From assembly GCA_963719315.1 (NCBI GenBank), contig CAVRBU010000002.1:2048001-2112000 (forward strand): a stretch of 64,000 nt of DNA, written 5' to 3'. The notes beneath the pieces were generated by a model. It saw nothing but the letters and a program-made list of their open reading frames with translations, was not told the origin of the DNA and did not search any database. The DNA is from an uncultured Planctomycetota bacterium. Lineage in GTDB: Bacteria > Planctomycetota > Planctomycetia > Pirellulales > Lacipirellulaceae. The translations under genes were made by a program, and so were the position numbers. Below, piece after piece: positions 1 through 12,143 of the stretch; the first letter of the stretch is position 1, and every line of letters begins with the position of its first letter.

Positions 1-999
1 GATCCGATGTTTGCCGCCGCGGCAACCAACAACTTGGGAAACGGCAACAATAATGTCGCGGGGTATGCGGTTCCGGCATCAGCGTGTTTCGCGTATCCCT
101 GGGCCAGCAGCACGTATTACGGGACGGCTGCGTGGGATCCCTGGCGAGGCAACAATACGGGGAAAGAACCTGGCCGATTCGCCGGGCCACGTTCCAACTA
201 TCCAACGGCTGGCCGCTGGACAAGACGATGGCCGACAGCATTTGTCGCGGGAACGACGATCTGGCCTACGATTTTCCGCAGCGCGACGATCGACCTGCCA
301 TGCAGAATTGGGACACCGCCAACGTGAACGGCACACAGACTGCGCTGGCCCGCAAATGGACGGGCGACTACTCCTGGATCGCCTCGGTGGTGCCCACGAC
401 CAACGCGGCCCGCGACGGCATGGCCCGCAATCCGGAAGGCTATGCCTACGATGTCTCGGTCGTAGTTTTCTACAAGCGGCCGATGCCGGCGACGCCGCCG
501 GCGACCGTGACGGAAATGGCAGAAGTCGCGGCAAACGAGCGATCGGTTAGCGCCTCCATCCTCTCGACGGGGCTGAGTGGCGGCGAGCTGCTGCTTAAGG
601 ATGAAGGCGACAGCACGCAAAACCCGTTCGACAATTTGAAAACCGGTCAATGGATCATGCTCTGCGGCCCACATCCGAATAGCTCGATTGTCGAGCCGCG
701 GTTTGCAATGAATTGGTACCAGGTGCTGACCATCGACAAAACCGGAGTGGGAGTTCCGAACTTTAACACAACCACGCAGCGGGTGGTTGCCGTTCGCGGA
801 CCGGAATGGCCGTGGCAGCCCGGTTTCGAGTCTCACAGTTTCAGACTTATCGAACGATCTGTGCGTGGGCATTTTCCGCGGCGCGGTGGCGGTCCATTCC
901 AAAACGCTGCGGCTTGAAAGCCCGCTGGGTGGTGCGTTCGGTTCCGGGATGTCGATGATCACGCCGCCGGGCGTCACGCCCGGTAACGTGTTGTACTAG
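1..999 (+). CDS. 3' part of a planctomycete hypothetical protein, probably of a pseudopilin cluster; two apparent frameshifts
   Basis: Protein-like sequence passes through ORFs 7..327, 84..917 (GDYSWIASVVP...YDVSVVVFYKR) and 787..999 (GAVAVHSKTLRLE). It lies directly upstream of the PilX-like gene. Confidence 0.6.
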
Positions 1000-1016
1000 C
1001 GGGTCAAGTCGGGGCA

Positions 1017-1210
1017 GGGGCGAGAGAACAGAGAAGCGAGAGGATGCAGGGCAAGAGCGTTCTCGCAAGAGAGGCGAAGATGGTTGGAACAGTCAAGAGT
1101 CAAGAGTCGAGAGTCAAGAGCCGGAAGGATAGCGGGTTGAGGGTTGAGGGTCGAGGGTTGAGGGTCGAGAGCCGGAAGGTTCGCTCCTCGCTCCTCGCCA
1201 CTCGCTCCTC
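1017..1210. repeat. Heptamer tandem arrays (AGTCAAG, GGGTTGA, TCGCTCC), mostly inside the leader-coding region
   Basis: agtcaag agtcaag agtcgag agtcaag; gggttga gggttga gggtcga gggttga gggtcga; tcgctcc tcgctcc tcgccac tcgctcc. Confidence 0.85.
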
Positions 1211-4200
1211 ACGCCGCGGCGTTCTGCTGCTGGTCGTGCTCAGCATGCTCGTGTTGTTCATGCTGATCGGCACGGCGTTTTTGATGTCGAGCAGCCAATC
1301 GAGTACGTCGGCCAAAAACGCCGCCAAGCATAATAGCCGGGGCAACGATGGTACGAAGCAACTGGACGGCACGTTGCTCCAAATTCTCCGCGGCACCGAC
1401 AATCCGCATTCGGTGATCGGCCCGCACAGCCTGCTTCAGGATTTGTACGGCACCGGTGGGTTTCAGGGCGCCGTCTACAGTCCGGCGGCGATGGACTTAA
1501 ACAACCCGAACAACCGAGCGGGCGAAGCCACGCGCTTTGCCGGCGCTACGGCCGGTACGACGGCTCAGCAGTTGGGCCCGACTGCGGGCCAATTCGTTGA
1601 TATCTACGTGCGCCAGTTGGGGTGGGATGCGAGCACGAAATCGTCGCTGGACGACCCGACCACGACCGCGAACGAAGCCAACGGCGCGGGCAAGTTGAAT
1701 TTCCCCGACTTGCGGCACGTGATCAAGCTCGATCGCGACGTTCTTGGCCAAGCGCAGTTGCAACCGCTGCCGCTCACGAAGGGATACTACAACGGCTGCT
1801 TGCTGACGATCACGAGCGGTCCCGCGGCGGGGCAGACGGGCCGAATCGTCGATTACGAATACATAGGCGACATCGATCAGAACAACTTGGCGGTGCCGAC
1901 CTACACCCGCTTATTCCGCTTCCGCGTGATGTCGTTTCAGCGGAAGGATGGGCAGCCGCTGCAGATCACCACGCGACCGCCGGAAATCAGCGACCTGGCC
2001 GGGGCGACGTTCATCGTCAATGGCCGGGCGTATGGCGGCACGGGCGTGGGCTACAACCCGCTGGCGGGCCTCGGCCAGCCGAAGCTCTCGGCGCTGCAGG
2101 CATTCCCCGTTCCGTTTGATTTGACAACGAATCCCAATCCGAGCACGTATGTCGGCGCTGAATTGGCGTTGCTGCCGAATCCGGTGTACTTCAATCCGCT
2201 GAACGGTTGGAGCAGCGTGGCCGCGATAGACCCGTCGCCGATGCCTATCGACCCTGTTCTCGACGGCACTGCCCACCGCCAGTTTCTTGGCGTTGAACAG
2301 CGACAAGACCAATCACCGTCCTTCAACTATCCGACATTCGCCGGCCCCGGCGATATGAACGAATCGTACGATGCGCCCGACTACAACGATATCTGGCTCG
2401 GCCTGCAAACGGTGACGCCGCGGTCGCAGGGACGCGTGGTGCAAAATAACGGGACGTTTAGCGCGGTCGATAGTGCCAATCTCGATCCGTCGAAATTCTT
2501 GCGGCTCGATCTCGAAGACTTGCCGTTGCCGTCGTACCATCGGCCAGACCTCATCAATTTCTGGTATCACCGGATGCTCAATTCGCAATGGCTGACGATC
2601 GGCGATCAGCAGCCCCGACGAGCGGGCGTCTGGCGATTCTCCAGCCGTACACCGAACGGCAAGCTGCAGTACGGGCTTGACCCGAAAAGGCCGCGTCTGA
2701 TTACCGCCATCAAGCGGCAGTCGTCGCTGCGGCCGCTTCGCGAAGACAATCCGAAATTCGACGGCAGCAATCGCCTCTCGGTGCCGACCAGACTTGTCGG
2801 CAGAGCGGAACCTGGTCAACTCCGAACGGCAACATCGCGATCCCCTATTGGGAAGCCGTCGGGCCCGTGGGATGTGGATAACGACAACGACGGCGTGCCG
2901 GATAGCGTCTGGATCGATATCGGCAACCCGGTCCAGGAAGCCGAGGATGGCACGCGCTACAAGGCGCTGGTCGCCGTCATGATCCTCGACATGGACGGCC
3001 GGCTGAACGTCAACGCCCACGGGTTGGCGGATGACATCAACCCGCCGAATTTGGCGCTCAGCTACGATCTCAACGGAAATCCTCAAACGCTGGGAGCCGC
3101 GAAGAACCTCGCCGGCCAATTCAACTCCAATATCTTGTCCAAGGGCCTGGGCTACGGCCCGGCCGAGATCAGCTTGCGGCCCGTGTTCCCGGCGCCGTGG
3201 TCGGACGTGACGGGCACGCGGGCGCCCGGCAATCGGTCGGAAACGGTGGTGCCCGTCGATAGCTACGCGGCCGCGCTCATTGGCCGGCTGAAGCAGGACG
3301 GCATCACGGGCATCGCCGGCAAGTACGGGTTCATCACGAATGAGAACTTCTTAACCGGCGCGTCGTTCGCCGAACGGGCCACGCCGGGGCAGAACTACAG
3401 GTATGCGCCGAACAACATGATGGTAACGGGCGAAACGGCGCAACCCGATCTCATGGCGCAGTTGAAATTCATTGGCTACCCGTGGGCGATCACGCAGGCC
3501 AGTGCGTTCGGCACGCCGCCCGATTTGTTCGGCCGCTATTCGTTGGGCCTCGATTATACGGGGCAACCGGTCTACGAAGTGTTGAACGATCGGAATGAAG
3601 CGAACAACACGCTGCCGCGGCCACTGCTGACGGACTCGCCTTACGAGTTGAATCTGAGCGGCGCAAAACGGCGCGACCAATGGGCCAACAGCTCGCAAAC
3701 GAACGCGGCCCAGGAATTCACCCAGAGCCTCGTTCAAAGCGACGATGCGCCGTTCTCGCCGACGGATTTAGAAAAAGTGTTGCGGGCGTGGGACGCCGAT
3801 TCAGGCACGCTGCCGAGCCGGCTGTGGGACTGCGTGAACGATTTCGATCCGCTGAAGCTGATGAATTTCGACCCGTTCCGCGTGCAAGCCACGTCGCAAG
3901 CGGCGTTCGGCTCGGCAAGCCAGCCGGAACTGCTGACGACGGCCCAACAAATGGCCAGCATCAACCGCCGGCTGGTGACGACGGATAGCTACAGCATGCC
4001 GGTCGTCGGGCGGCAAATGCCGAGCTTACATTCCCGAATTGGGCGCCGACGGCAAGCCCGGGCGTCGCCGGTGTTGATGACGACAGCAACGGCATCGTCG
4101 ATGATGCCAGCGAAATCGGCGCGCCGCTTTCCGACGACTTCCAAGCCCTCACGGGCACCAAGTACAGCGAAGGCACGATCGTCGACGTGTTGCGGTATCG

Positions 4201-7200
4201 TATTCAAGCGTCGAGCGTGATGCAAGAATGGTCTGGCGCCGTTCGACTTGAACCAACCTTGATCCGCAGTTTTGCCTCTAAGCCGAAATTCTGATGACCT
4301 CACCAGCCGATTGGCGTTTCAACGCAATTGTCGCGCCGGAAGTGGTCGCCGGCTTGCGGATGGACCTCAATCGGCCGTTCGGCGACGGCGGGATAACCGA
4401 ACAAGACGGCAGTGAATGGCGTGGTGGATGATCCGCTCGAGGCGGGCGAGCCGTTCCTGGAACGTCAACGGAACGGCAAGACGGACGATGACACAGTGGC
4501 AACGGAACTTGAGCCGTTCATCGATTTGGACGGTAGCAAGAGATACACGCCGCCGCAGCGACCAACTGTGGCAGGGTCTGACACGGCCTCCGAGCCGATC
4601 AATTCGACTACTCCAACGGCGAGGCCGTGCCCGTGCACACCGGGCGATCCGAACGCCGGGCGGCGTGCGGAACCTGGAATCGCAGGGCCGCCAGCATTAC
4701 GCGCGGAATCTGTATTGCCTGATGCTGCTGCTGATGGACGAGAATTACATCGCCCCGTGGGATGAGAACGATCCACAGATCATGGCGTGGATGGACGCGG
4801 AGAAGAAGAAGCTTACGTCGCGCCAGCTGTCGATGCCGCGCCGATCAGGCGGACATCATCGTCAAGCGCAAGCACACCTGCCGGCATGATTGCCCAATGG
4901 GCGATCAACTGCGTCGATATGCGCGACTCCGGACGTGATCATGACGCCGTTCGAGTACGATGAGAATCCGTGGGACGGCTGGGGACTGCTGGAAATGCCA
5001 AGCGGCGTAAACCATCTGATTCCGCTCGATGGCGATCCGGCCACAGACGAAAACAAGGGCGACCAATGATCGATTGGGCGAATATCCCGCCAACGGCGGG
5101 CGGCCCGAAGAAGATCAAGACGGTGCCGGCGGCCGATTTGCCGACGCCGCTCAATCAAACCCGCGGCGTGGTGTGGGGCGCGGAGCGGCCGGAACTGCTG
5201 ATCACCGAAACGCTGGCGTTCCACGACCGGCGGACGGAAGACGAAACATTCGAGGACACTGATCCAAATGGCCACGACTTAACAAACCCGCTCGGGAACA
5301 TGCGATAAGAAGCCCGATCCGGATCTCGATCAGGGCTTCAGCCGCGCGGCTTCGCTGTTTGTGGAGGTGCAGAATCCCTGGTCCGCAACAGGGGCAGTAT
5401 CCGGCCGAGCTATACAGCAAACTCGACGGTCACGACGAATTACAGTGCCGGTATATTAACCCGAATCAAAGGGTGTCGATTTGGGCCGGCTGAGCAATTT
5501 GGGTCGATTCGACGGCAACTAACGGTGCCCTGACCAATGCGGCTTCAAATGCCTCGAACAGAGATCAAGCGTTCGCCCGTTTGGCGGATGATCGTCGTCG
5601 AATGAGTGGCCGGACGCGCGAGAACGAAACCTCCGCAGCGTTCGGCGACACCGGACAGGGCAACCATATCGACGAGCCGCTGCCGGGCAACAATTACAAG
5701 GAGCCGAAGGCCTACACAAGCGTCGCGGCGCGGTTGAAAGCGTGGTCCGCGAACCCGACGGGGCCACCGCCGTAGGTCCCGACCGATCCGGATTTTGATC
5801 CGCTGTTCGACGCCGACATGCTGCAGACACTCGGCACGACGAAGATTGTCGGGCCGGTCTTCGGCATCGTGCCAAAACAAGTGGGGGGTGGCAACAAATT
5901 CCTTGTGCCGTACCCCGAGTATTGAACGCGAGTTCTATTTCACGACGGATAGATCGCCCAAAAAGACCATCGCTGGCCTCCCCGAACGCGACTATTCGAC
6001 GCGGCGATTTCAAGATTCGCATTCCGGATCGTTCCATGCAAATCACGATCGGCGGCCAAAGAGCGGGACGGTCAGCGTTTGCAAACGCAGAAGTTCATCC
6101 GCTCTCGTTCAGAAAAGTCGGATGCCGAACTCTGGCTGGCCGATGCGCCGATTTTGCCGGGACATTATGCCGTGATCGGCTCGGCCGGTACGAAGTACGA
6201 TGCCAACAAGCAGATTTACACGACAACCATCGGCCGGCTGCGATGTAGGGCAAGAGCAATACTCCGGATACTCCCAACAGCAGCGATATCCCGACCCGAC
6301 GCATCGAGTTGAGGCCAGTTGGCGACCCGAATCCGACAGCAGCAGGTTGCAGTCGAGAGCAACGGCGGTGATCCGAAGGATGAGATCAGCGCATCGGCGG
6401 CAACGTACGATCCGTAGATGCCCGACTCGCGAAATTGGCCGCGACAACGAGCTGATTCAACGACCAGGGGAACGAGTCAAGAACATCACGAGTGGACTCG
6501 AAGGCGGCCGACGGCACGCGACGACGGGCACACCGAACAATCGAGTATTATCGCCGGCGGTCGCGGTTCCGGTGGAAGGCATGAGCGTAGCGAGCCACCG
6601 TGGGGTTACTGCCCGCGCGAGACGAGAAGCCGGAGAAGAGGAATCATGAAGACGAACGCCAGTGCATCGGCACCGACGACCTACGAATACCAATCCGAGC
6701 CTGGATCAATGCGAAGGGCGATACACTCCGTCGAAGCTCAGAGCCGAATCCCCGCTGGTACGACAAGCCGTTCGACACAGCTCACGAACTCACACGAACG
6801 GGCACGACGGCCAATTATCGCATGGTCCATCTGCAGCGGCTCGCCAATCCGCTGCTGCCGTGGAATCCGGAGCCGAAGCTGGCCGATGGCAAAACGGCGA
6901 ATCCGGAATATCAGGCCGAATTTGCCCGATCAATCCGTATCTCACGATCGATTCGTCGAGCGTGAATCTCACGGCGTTCAACGGCACGAGCGGGCCGAGG
7001 GCGACATCGATCCACTCAAAGCAAAAGGCGAAGGCAAGATGCGGCCCTGGGTGTATGGGCAAAACGTAGTCGGAGGAATGACCAAATATTTGGCGAACAT
7101 GCAAGACGGCAAGCAGATTTGGGCTTTCCGCTCGTTGGAGCGCGGCTTTTGGGCGCGGCTGAATCTGTTGGGCTCGAAAGCCACGCCGCCCACCGCCGCC

Positions 7201-9089
7201 CCGCAGCGAGTGCTCTGGGCCCAAGAGCCGGCCAATGGTGACGCTCAGGGAGTGCGGAACTTCGACGAAATGATCGATTTGATCGCGAAGTCGGCAGATG
7301 ACGATGCGCGTCGATGAGGTGCCGAACCAGATTAAAACCGACCAGAAGATATATAATAATCACTGTCGACATGGTGCTGGAGCATACGCTCGGGTTCGGT
7401 AACGAGAGCTTCGGGCTGATGTACGATGCAACAGGGCTCGCAGGGCCCGAGATCGACGCCGCCCATGCTGCGCCGCATACGGCGCCACCGCGCCGGGCCG
7501 ATTCTGTTCACGCAACAAGGTCGGATCGCCGCCACCGGCGCATATCAAGGGTACGCCGAACACGGTGAATTCCACCAACCCCTGGTTCGAATGGGGCAAC
7601 CGCCCGTATGTGAGCGCCGAGGAATTGCTCAACGTGCCGATGGGTTCGCAGTCGACGATGCTGCGGTTCTAGTGTGCGGCGGTCGATCTGCAACGCGCCT
7701 ATGACGGCGAACCGGTCTGGATCCTTATGGTTTGATCCGGAATTGGCACGGGACATGGCACGCGTTGTGACGCATTCGTTGGCCGGTCGGCGAGCCGTTC
7801 AGGCCAATTTCCGCCAACGGCGGTGGTTGCGGCCACAGCCGTGACGGCCGACGTGGTGCGCGACGCGATGGGCGACCTGGCTGGACGCGAACGGAAGTTG
7901 CTGTCCTTCGGCGCGCCGAATTTCTATCGCATCCTCGATTACGTGCAGGTGCCGTCGCGGTACGTGGGCACGGATACGATGCTCAACGCAGAGACATTTA
8001 ACGACGTTCCGCGGCGGGTCCGACGCATTGGCACCGATATCACGAGCTCGACCGATCCGCGGTACAACTTCCAGCCGCCGTTCAATAAGGTCTCGCGCGA
8101 GCGCGATCCGGGCTCGTGAATCTCAACACGGTAACCGGCCGGCGCATGCCGCCGACGGCGGGCTCCGCGCGCAGGTCTGGTCCGACGTATTCGACGGCAT
8201 CATGCACCGCGACTCACGATGGCAACGGTCGACCACGCAACTGGGCCAATTCGGCCCCGCCTGGCGCGATGTCGTTTTAAGCCGCAAGCGGTTATGCGCA
8301 GAAGGATGCGGCAGCACGACCCCGTGGAGAAGCCTCGCCAAGTGGCCCACCCGATGCTATTCCAAGCCGGACTCAATACGATGTTTCCGACGATGTTTCG
8401 CCAATCCGTTTCGCTCGCCGGACGCCGGTGATCTGGTGCCGCTTTCGTCGATGGTGCAGTACGGCGTGGATGCGGGCTGGATGCGGCGGCATCATTTCAA
8501 TCGGGGCGGCCGCAATACGTGGGGAACGAACAATTTTGACGACGACGATCCGACCAACATACGATTTAGAACGACCGACGATGACGCCGGGCTCGGTTTT
8601 GGATGGCGATACCGTGGTTTTGGACTTTAACTGGCGAGCTACTTCCTGTTTCTTCGACGACGCCGTTTCCTATCGCTCAGAGTGGCGTTCCGCTGTTCAG
8701 CGAAGTCTTCAGACGACCCGTACTACGAACGGCGATCGCAATCCGTACATGAATTACCAGCCAATGACGCGGCTGGGCAACCTCGTCACCGATCGTTCCG
8801 GCGTGTTCGCGATTTGGATTACGGTCGGGTACTTCGAGGTGGAGAAGGCGCCGGATTGTGCCACAAATGAAAACGGCGTTGCAAGATCGATGTGGCGAAC
8901 GACATCAGTCTCTACAACCGAATATACCCCGATGGCTACATGCTGGGCCGCGAGCTGGGCAGCGACACGGGCGACGTGAAGCGGCCACGCGGGTTCTACA
9001 TCATCGACCGCACGGAAGAAGTCGGCTTCAAGCCGGGCGAAGACCTGAACGTGGAGAAGATGATCCGCCTGCGAAGGCGGATTGAATAG
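1080..9089 (+). CDS. Giant (~8 kb) prepilin/PilX-like secreted protein, broken by many frameshifts
   Basis: Basic leader then RRG|VLLLVVLSMLVLFMLIGTAF, a class III-like signal without Glu5. Motifs GPWDVDNDNDGVPDSVWID, DMDGRLNVNAHG, VDDDSNGIVDD, RLGNLVTDRSGVFAIWITVGYFEV and RPRGFYIIDR run across more than 10 ORF fragments up to the stop at 9089. Confidence 0.7.
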
Positions 9090-9209
9090 AGAAGTAGAGG
9101 AGAAGTGGAGTAGAGGAGTGGAGTAGAGCAGAAGTGGAGTAGTAGAAGAGTGGTCTTTGCTCCTCCACTACTCCTCTCCTCCACTACTCCACTATTGCTC
9201 TACTCCACT
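9088..9209. repeat. Inverted array of ~8-mer tandem repeats (GGAGTAGA / TCTACTCC)
   Basis: Purine arm gaagtagaggagaagtggagtagaggagtggagtaga..., then pyrimidine arm ctccactactcctctcctccactactccact... Confidence 0.85.
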
Positions 9210-9224
9210 GGCGACAGGTACTCG

Positions 9225-9797
9225 ATGGCCAAATCCAATACCGCAGGCGCCAAGTCGCCGCCCAGCGATTCCGGCGGTTCGTTCTGGGTGCTGCTGGGCG
9301 TGCTGGCCCTGGCGGCGGTGATTTTGATCAAGATCCAGTCGGGGCGGACCCAGGCGGTTGGGCCGTATGTGGGACAGCCGTTGCCGCCGCTCAACGCGGC
9401 CGGCTGGCTGAACACGCCGAAACCCGTGACGGCCGCCGACCTCGCGGGCAAGGTCGTGCTGATCGATTATTGGGCCACCTGGTGCGGGCCGTGCGTCCGC
9501 GGCATTCCCGATCTCATTCAATTCCACAAGCGCTTCAGCGACGCCGGCGTGCTGGTCGTGGGGCTGACCTCGGAAGAGGGCGCGGCCGCACAGTACGTGA
9601 AGAACTTCGTGGAAACGAAGGACGGCATGGACTGGCCGATCGGCTACGGCGCTGGGATGACGTTCCAAATGGTGGGCATTGAGGGCATCCCCACGTACAT
9701 GCTGTTCGACCGCTCGGGCACGTGCGTCTGGGGCGGGCACTCGCTGGACGGCATCGAAAGCGCGGCCGTGGCGGCGCTGGGGGAGAAGCCGCGGTAG
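9225..9797 (+). CDS. TlpA/ResA-family thiol-disulfide oxidoreductase, membrane anchored
   Basis: N-terminal TM helix; GKVVLIDYWATWCGPC; GIPT cis-Pro motif. Confidence 0.9.
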   Translation: MAKSNTAGAKSPPSDSGGSFWVLLGVLALAAVILIKIQSGRTQAVGPYVGQPLPPLNAAGWLNTPKPVTAADLAGKVVLIDYWATWCGPCVRGIPDLIQFHKRFSDAGVLVVGLTSEEGAAAQYVKNFVETKDGMDWPIGYGAGMTFQMVGIEGIPTYMLFDRSGTCVWGGHSLDGIESAAVAALGEKPR

Positions 9798-9914
9798 TCA
9801 AGAGTTTAGAGCCAAGAGCTTAGAGTCAAGAGCTTAGAGTCAAGAGCTTAGAGTCAAGAGTCGAGAGCCAGAATTTCCGTCTGGCTCTTGACTCTCCGCT
9901 CTTGTCTCTTGACT
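9796..9914. repeat. Inverted heptamer array (AGAGTCA/AGAGCTT, 14-bp superperiod) between convergent genes
   Basis: (agagtcaagagctt)n, then ctggctcttgactctccgctcttgtctcttgact. Confidence 0.9.
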
Positions 9915-9938
9915 AATTTCCCCGCCGCCGATTCGTTG

Positions 9939-11000
9939 TCAGTTGGTCGTTGCGCCCGCCGACAGCGGCTCGATCTCGCGGATGTACTTGACCTTCGGCT
10001 TGCCGCCGCCGGGTGTGGGGAGGCCGATCAGAAAGTCCGAGGCGTAGCGGAGTTTTTCCTTTCGCTCGGGCACGCGGAAGTTGTCGCCCTTTTGCAGGAT
10101 CGTGCGAGCCAGCGGCATCTCGCCGAACGCCCTCGTGCCGGCCGATTCGCACGGGTACCAATGGCCCTCGCCCTCGGCATGTTCCAGGTAGAACTCCGGG
10201 TAGACGTGGCCGTGGACCCAGACCATGCGGGCCGGAATCTTGTTGTTCCGGCACATGGCGACGAACACAGCGGAGCGGCCCTGGCAATCGGCCTGGCCAT
10301 CGTGCAGCGCCTCGACGGCGCCCTTATCCGGTCCTTCGACATATTCGATTTTTTTTAGCACTGCGTCGTAGATCGCTTCGATCTTGGTCCAGTCGTTGGC
10401 CGACTCGTCGACGCCGCTCATCACCTCTTTGTTGAGCGCACGAATTCGCGGATGATTGATTTCAATGTACGGGCTGGGGAGCGTGTAAATCTTCAGCTTG
10501 GTGGGGATCTTCTTGGGGATTTTCAGGTCGTCGGTCTTTTCGGGGGGCAGGATCGGGCGTGTCGAGACTTCGGCCGTCAGGATCGCGTGGGCGGTTACGC
10601 CCGCGTTCAGGCGCGGCACGGAAATCAGCATCTGCTTCGCTTCGCCACCGGGAACCGGCCGGTAGGTGACTCCGCCGATTTCCGGCGAGAAGTCTTCGTT
10701 GACGATCGTGACTTTCTGCTCGGCGCAATCGAGCGGCACCGTAACCATGGCGACGATGCCGCGGCACGCCCCGTTGGCGGCCGTGATCTCGGCGCCCACG
10801 CGAAAGCGAATCGTCTGCGGCTCGCCGTACCGCGGGGCAGTGGAATCGTCGGCCGCGGCCTCGTCGGCGGGTTGGTCGATCGGGGCGATCGTCTTTGACT
10901 TGATGGGCAGTTTTCTGGCCGGCGCGGCGGCGAAGGAAGAGAACGCGGCGAATATCGCGATCGCGGCGCTCCAACGAAGTAGGTGCTTATGGTTAGCCAT
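9939..11000 (-). CDS. Secreted transglutaminase-like protein
   Basis: Signal peptide; GQADCQGRSAVFVAMCRNNKIPARMV, HVYPEFY and WYPCE (Cys-His-acidic triad positions). Confidence 0.85.
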   Translation of the reverse strand: MANHKHLLRWSAAIAIFAAFSSFAAAPARKLPIKSKTIAPIDQPADEAAADDSTAPRYGEPQTIRFRVGAEITAANGACRGIVAMVTVPLDCAEQKVTIVNEDFSPEIGGVTYRPVPGGEAKQMLISVPRLNAGVTAHAILTAEVSTRPILPPEKTDDLKIPKKIPTKLKIYTLPSPYIEINHPRIRALNKEVMSGVDESANDWTKIEAIYDAVLKKIEYVEGPDKGAVEALHDGQADCQGRSAVFVAMCRNNKIPARMVWVHGHVYPEFYLEHAEGEGHWYPCESAGTRAFGEMPLARTILQKGDNFRVPERKEKLRYASDFLIGLPTPGGGKPKVKYIREIEPLSAGATTN

Positions 11001-11050
11001 ACTTCTATTGTACTTCGCCTGCGGTCCGGCGCGGGTCGTGGGACAGTTTG

Positions 11051-11172
11051 GGTGGTGTCCTAATTTGCGGCAAAACAAGCTTGTAGCACGGACTTCAGTC
11101 CGTGATTCTCGTGCGGACTGAAGTCCGTGCTACAAAGTTCCGGTCCGAACGGTGCCAAATTGGGACTCCACC
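11051..11172. repeat. Nested palindromic element: GTAG-REP doublet (11081-11135) inside an outer 16-bp inverted repeat
   Basis: Inner ttgtagcacggacttcagtccg...cggactgaagtccgtgctacaa; outer ggtggtgtcctaattt / aaattgggactccacc. Confidence 0.8.
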
Positions 11173-11450
11173 GCAATTTGTATCGAGGGTGCCTGGAGCA
11201 ACACCCCAGCCGCGATTTCTGGGGCGTTGCCCCAGGCACGCAGCGGCCACGCGGCCAATACCAAAAAATCAGCCCTGCCCGGCTGCCTTCAGGATGGGTG
11301 CAGCCGAGCAGGGCCAGTGGGCGGGGCGAAAGTCCCGGACGAACTTCAACCCCTTCGCGACTTGAGCGGGCCGTTGCGGGAGGGCGGGGAGCCGGCTCGC
11401 TCGTCGTCGCGACAATTGTTTTTCATGTGGCCTCGCGGCCAATCACTCGA

Positions 11451-12143
11451 TCACTCCGCGGCGGGTGTGGGATCGACGAACTTCTCAGGCGTGGGGCTGG
11501 CGGCCGAGGTTGCTCCGCCGCTGCAATTGCTGCAACCTCCGTTGCATGAGCCGCATCCGCCGTCGCATCCGCCGCACGAACTGCATCCGCCACAACCGCC
11601 ACAGCCACCGCATCCGCCACAGCCACCGCAGTCGAAGAAGGGGCCGTAGCAGACGTTGCCCATAAAGGGGCCGCCGCAGCCGGATTCACAACCGCAACTG
11701 GAAGCATACGCGCAGCTCGGCTCCGGTGCGCCGCAGCAGGTCATTGGCGCGGCGCCACAGCAAGCCGTTGGAGCCGCGCCGCAGCATGCCGTTGGCGCGG
11801 CGCCGCAGCAAGATTGCGGGTTTGGCGATTGGAAGAACATGGGTTGAGCTTGGGCGTACGTCGGGGCCGCCTGGGGCGCCATGAATTGTGGCATCATGGG
11901 TGCGGCCATCGGCTGCACGGTGCCGACAGCGGAGCAAGGCGACGGGCAAGCCGGAGCACAAGGCGACGGCACGTATGTCGGCGCACAGGGCGAGGCCGCT
12001 AGCGGCGCGGCGTAGGTCGGCGGGCAAACTGCCGCGGGGCGGCTAAACCAGTTGCAGGGGCAGCAGGGGCAAAGCCGTGTGCAACAGCAGCCGGGGGCTG
12101 CCGAAAGTGTCGCTACGGCCAGCAGAATCAGTACCTTTTTCAT
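11451..12143 (-). CDS. Cys/Pro/Gly-rich putative lipoprotein
   Basis: [19 protein letters not shown] lipobox-like; about 37 Cys in 230 aa; [12 protein letters not shown] unit x4; (CGG)n; GGAG RBS upstream. Confidence 0.75.
   Translation of the reverse strand: MKKVLILLAVATLSAAPGCCCTRLCPCCPCNWFSRPAAVCPPTYAAPLAASPCAPTYVPSPCAPACPSPCSAVGTVQPMAAPMMPQFMAPQAAPTYAQAQPMFFQSPNPQSCCGAAPTACCGAAPTACCGAAPMTCCGAPEPSCAYASSCGCESGCGGPFMGNVCYGPFFDCGGCGGCGGCGGCGGCSSCGGCDGGCGSCNGGCSNCSGGATSAASPTPEKFVDPTPAAE

Noticed and set aside
1..9089. Diversity-generating retroelement behind the disrupted giant gene
   Set aside because: No reverse transcriptase and no template/variable repeat pair seen. The lesions are indels, not adenine-specific substitutions.
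9796..9914. Repeat arrays as CRISPR
   Set aside because: Units are 7-14 bp and contiguous, with no unique spacers and no cas genes.
11451..12143. Cys-rich protein as a RiPP precursor
   Set aside because: It is long, has a lipoprotein-type signal, and has no radical SAM, YcaO, lanthipeptide or transporter genes nearby.
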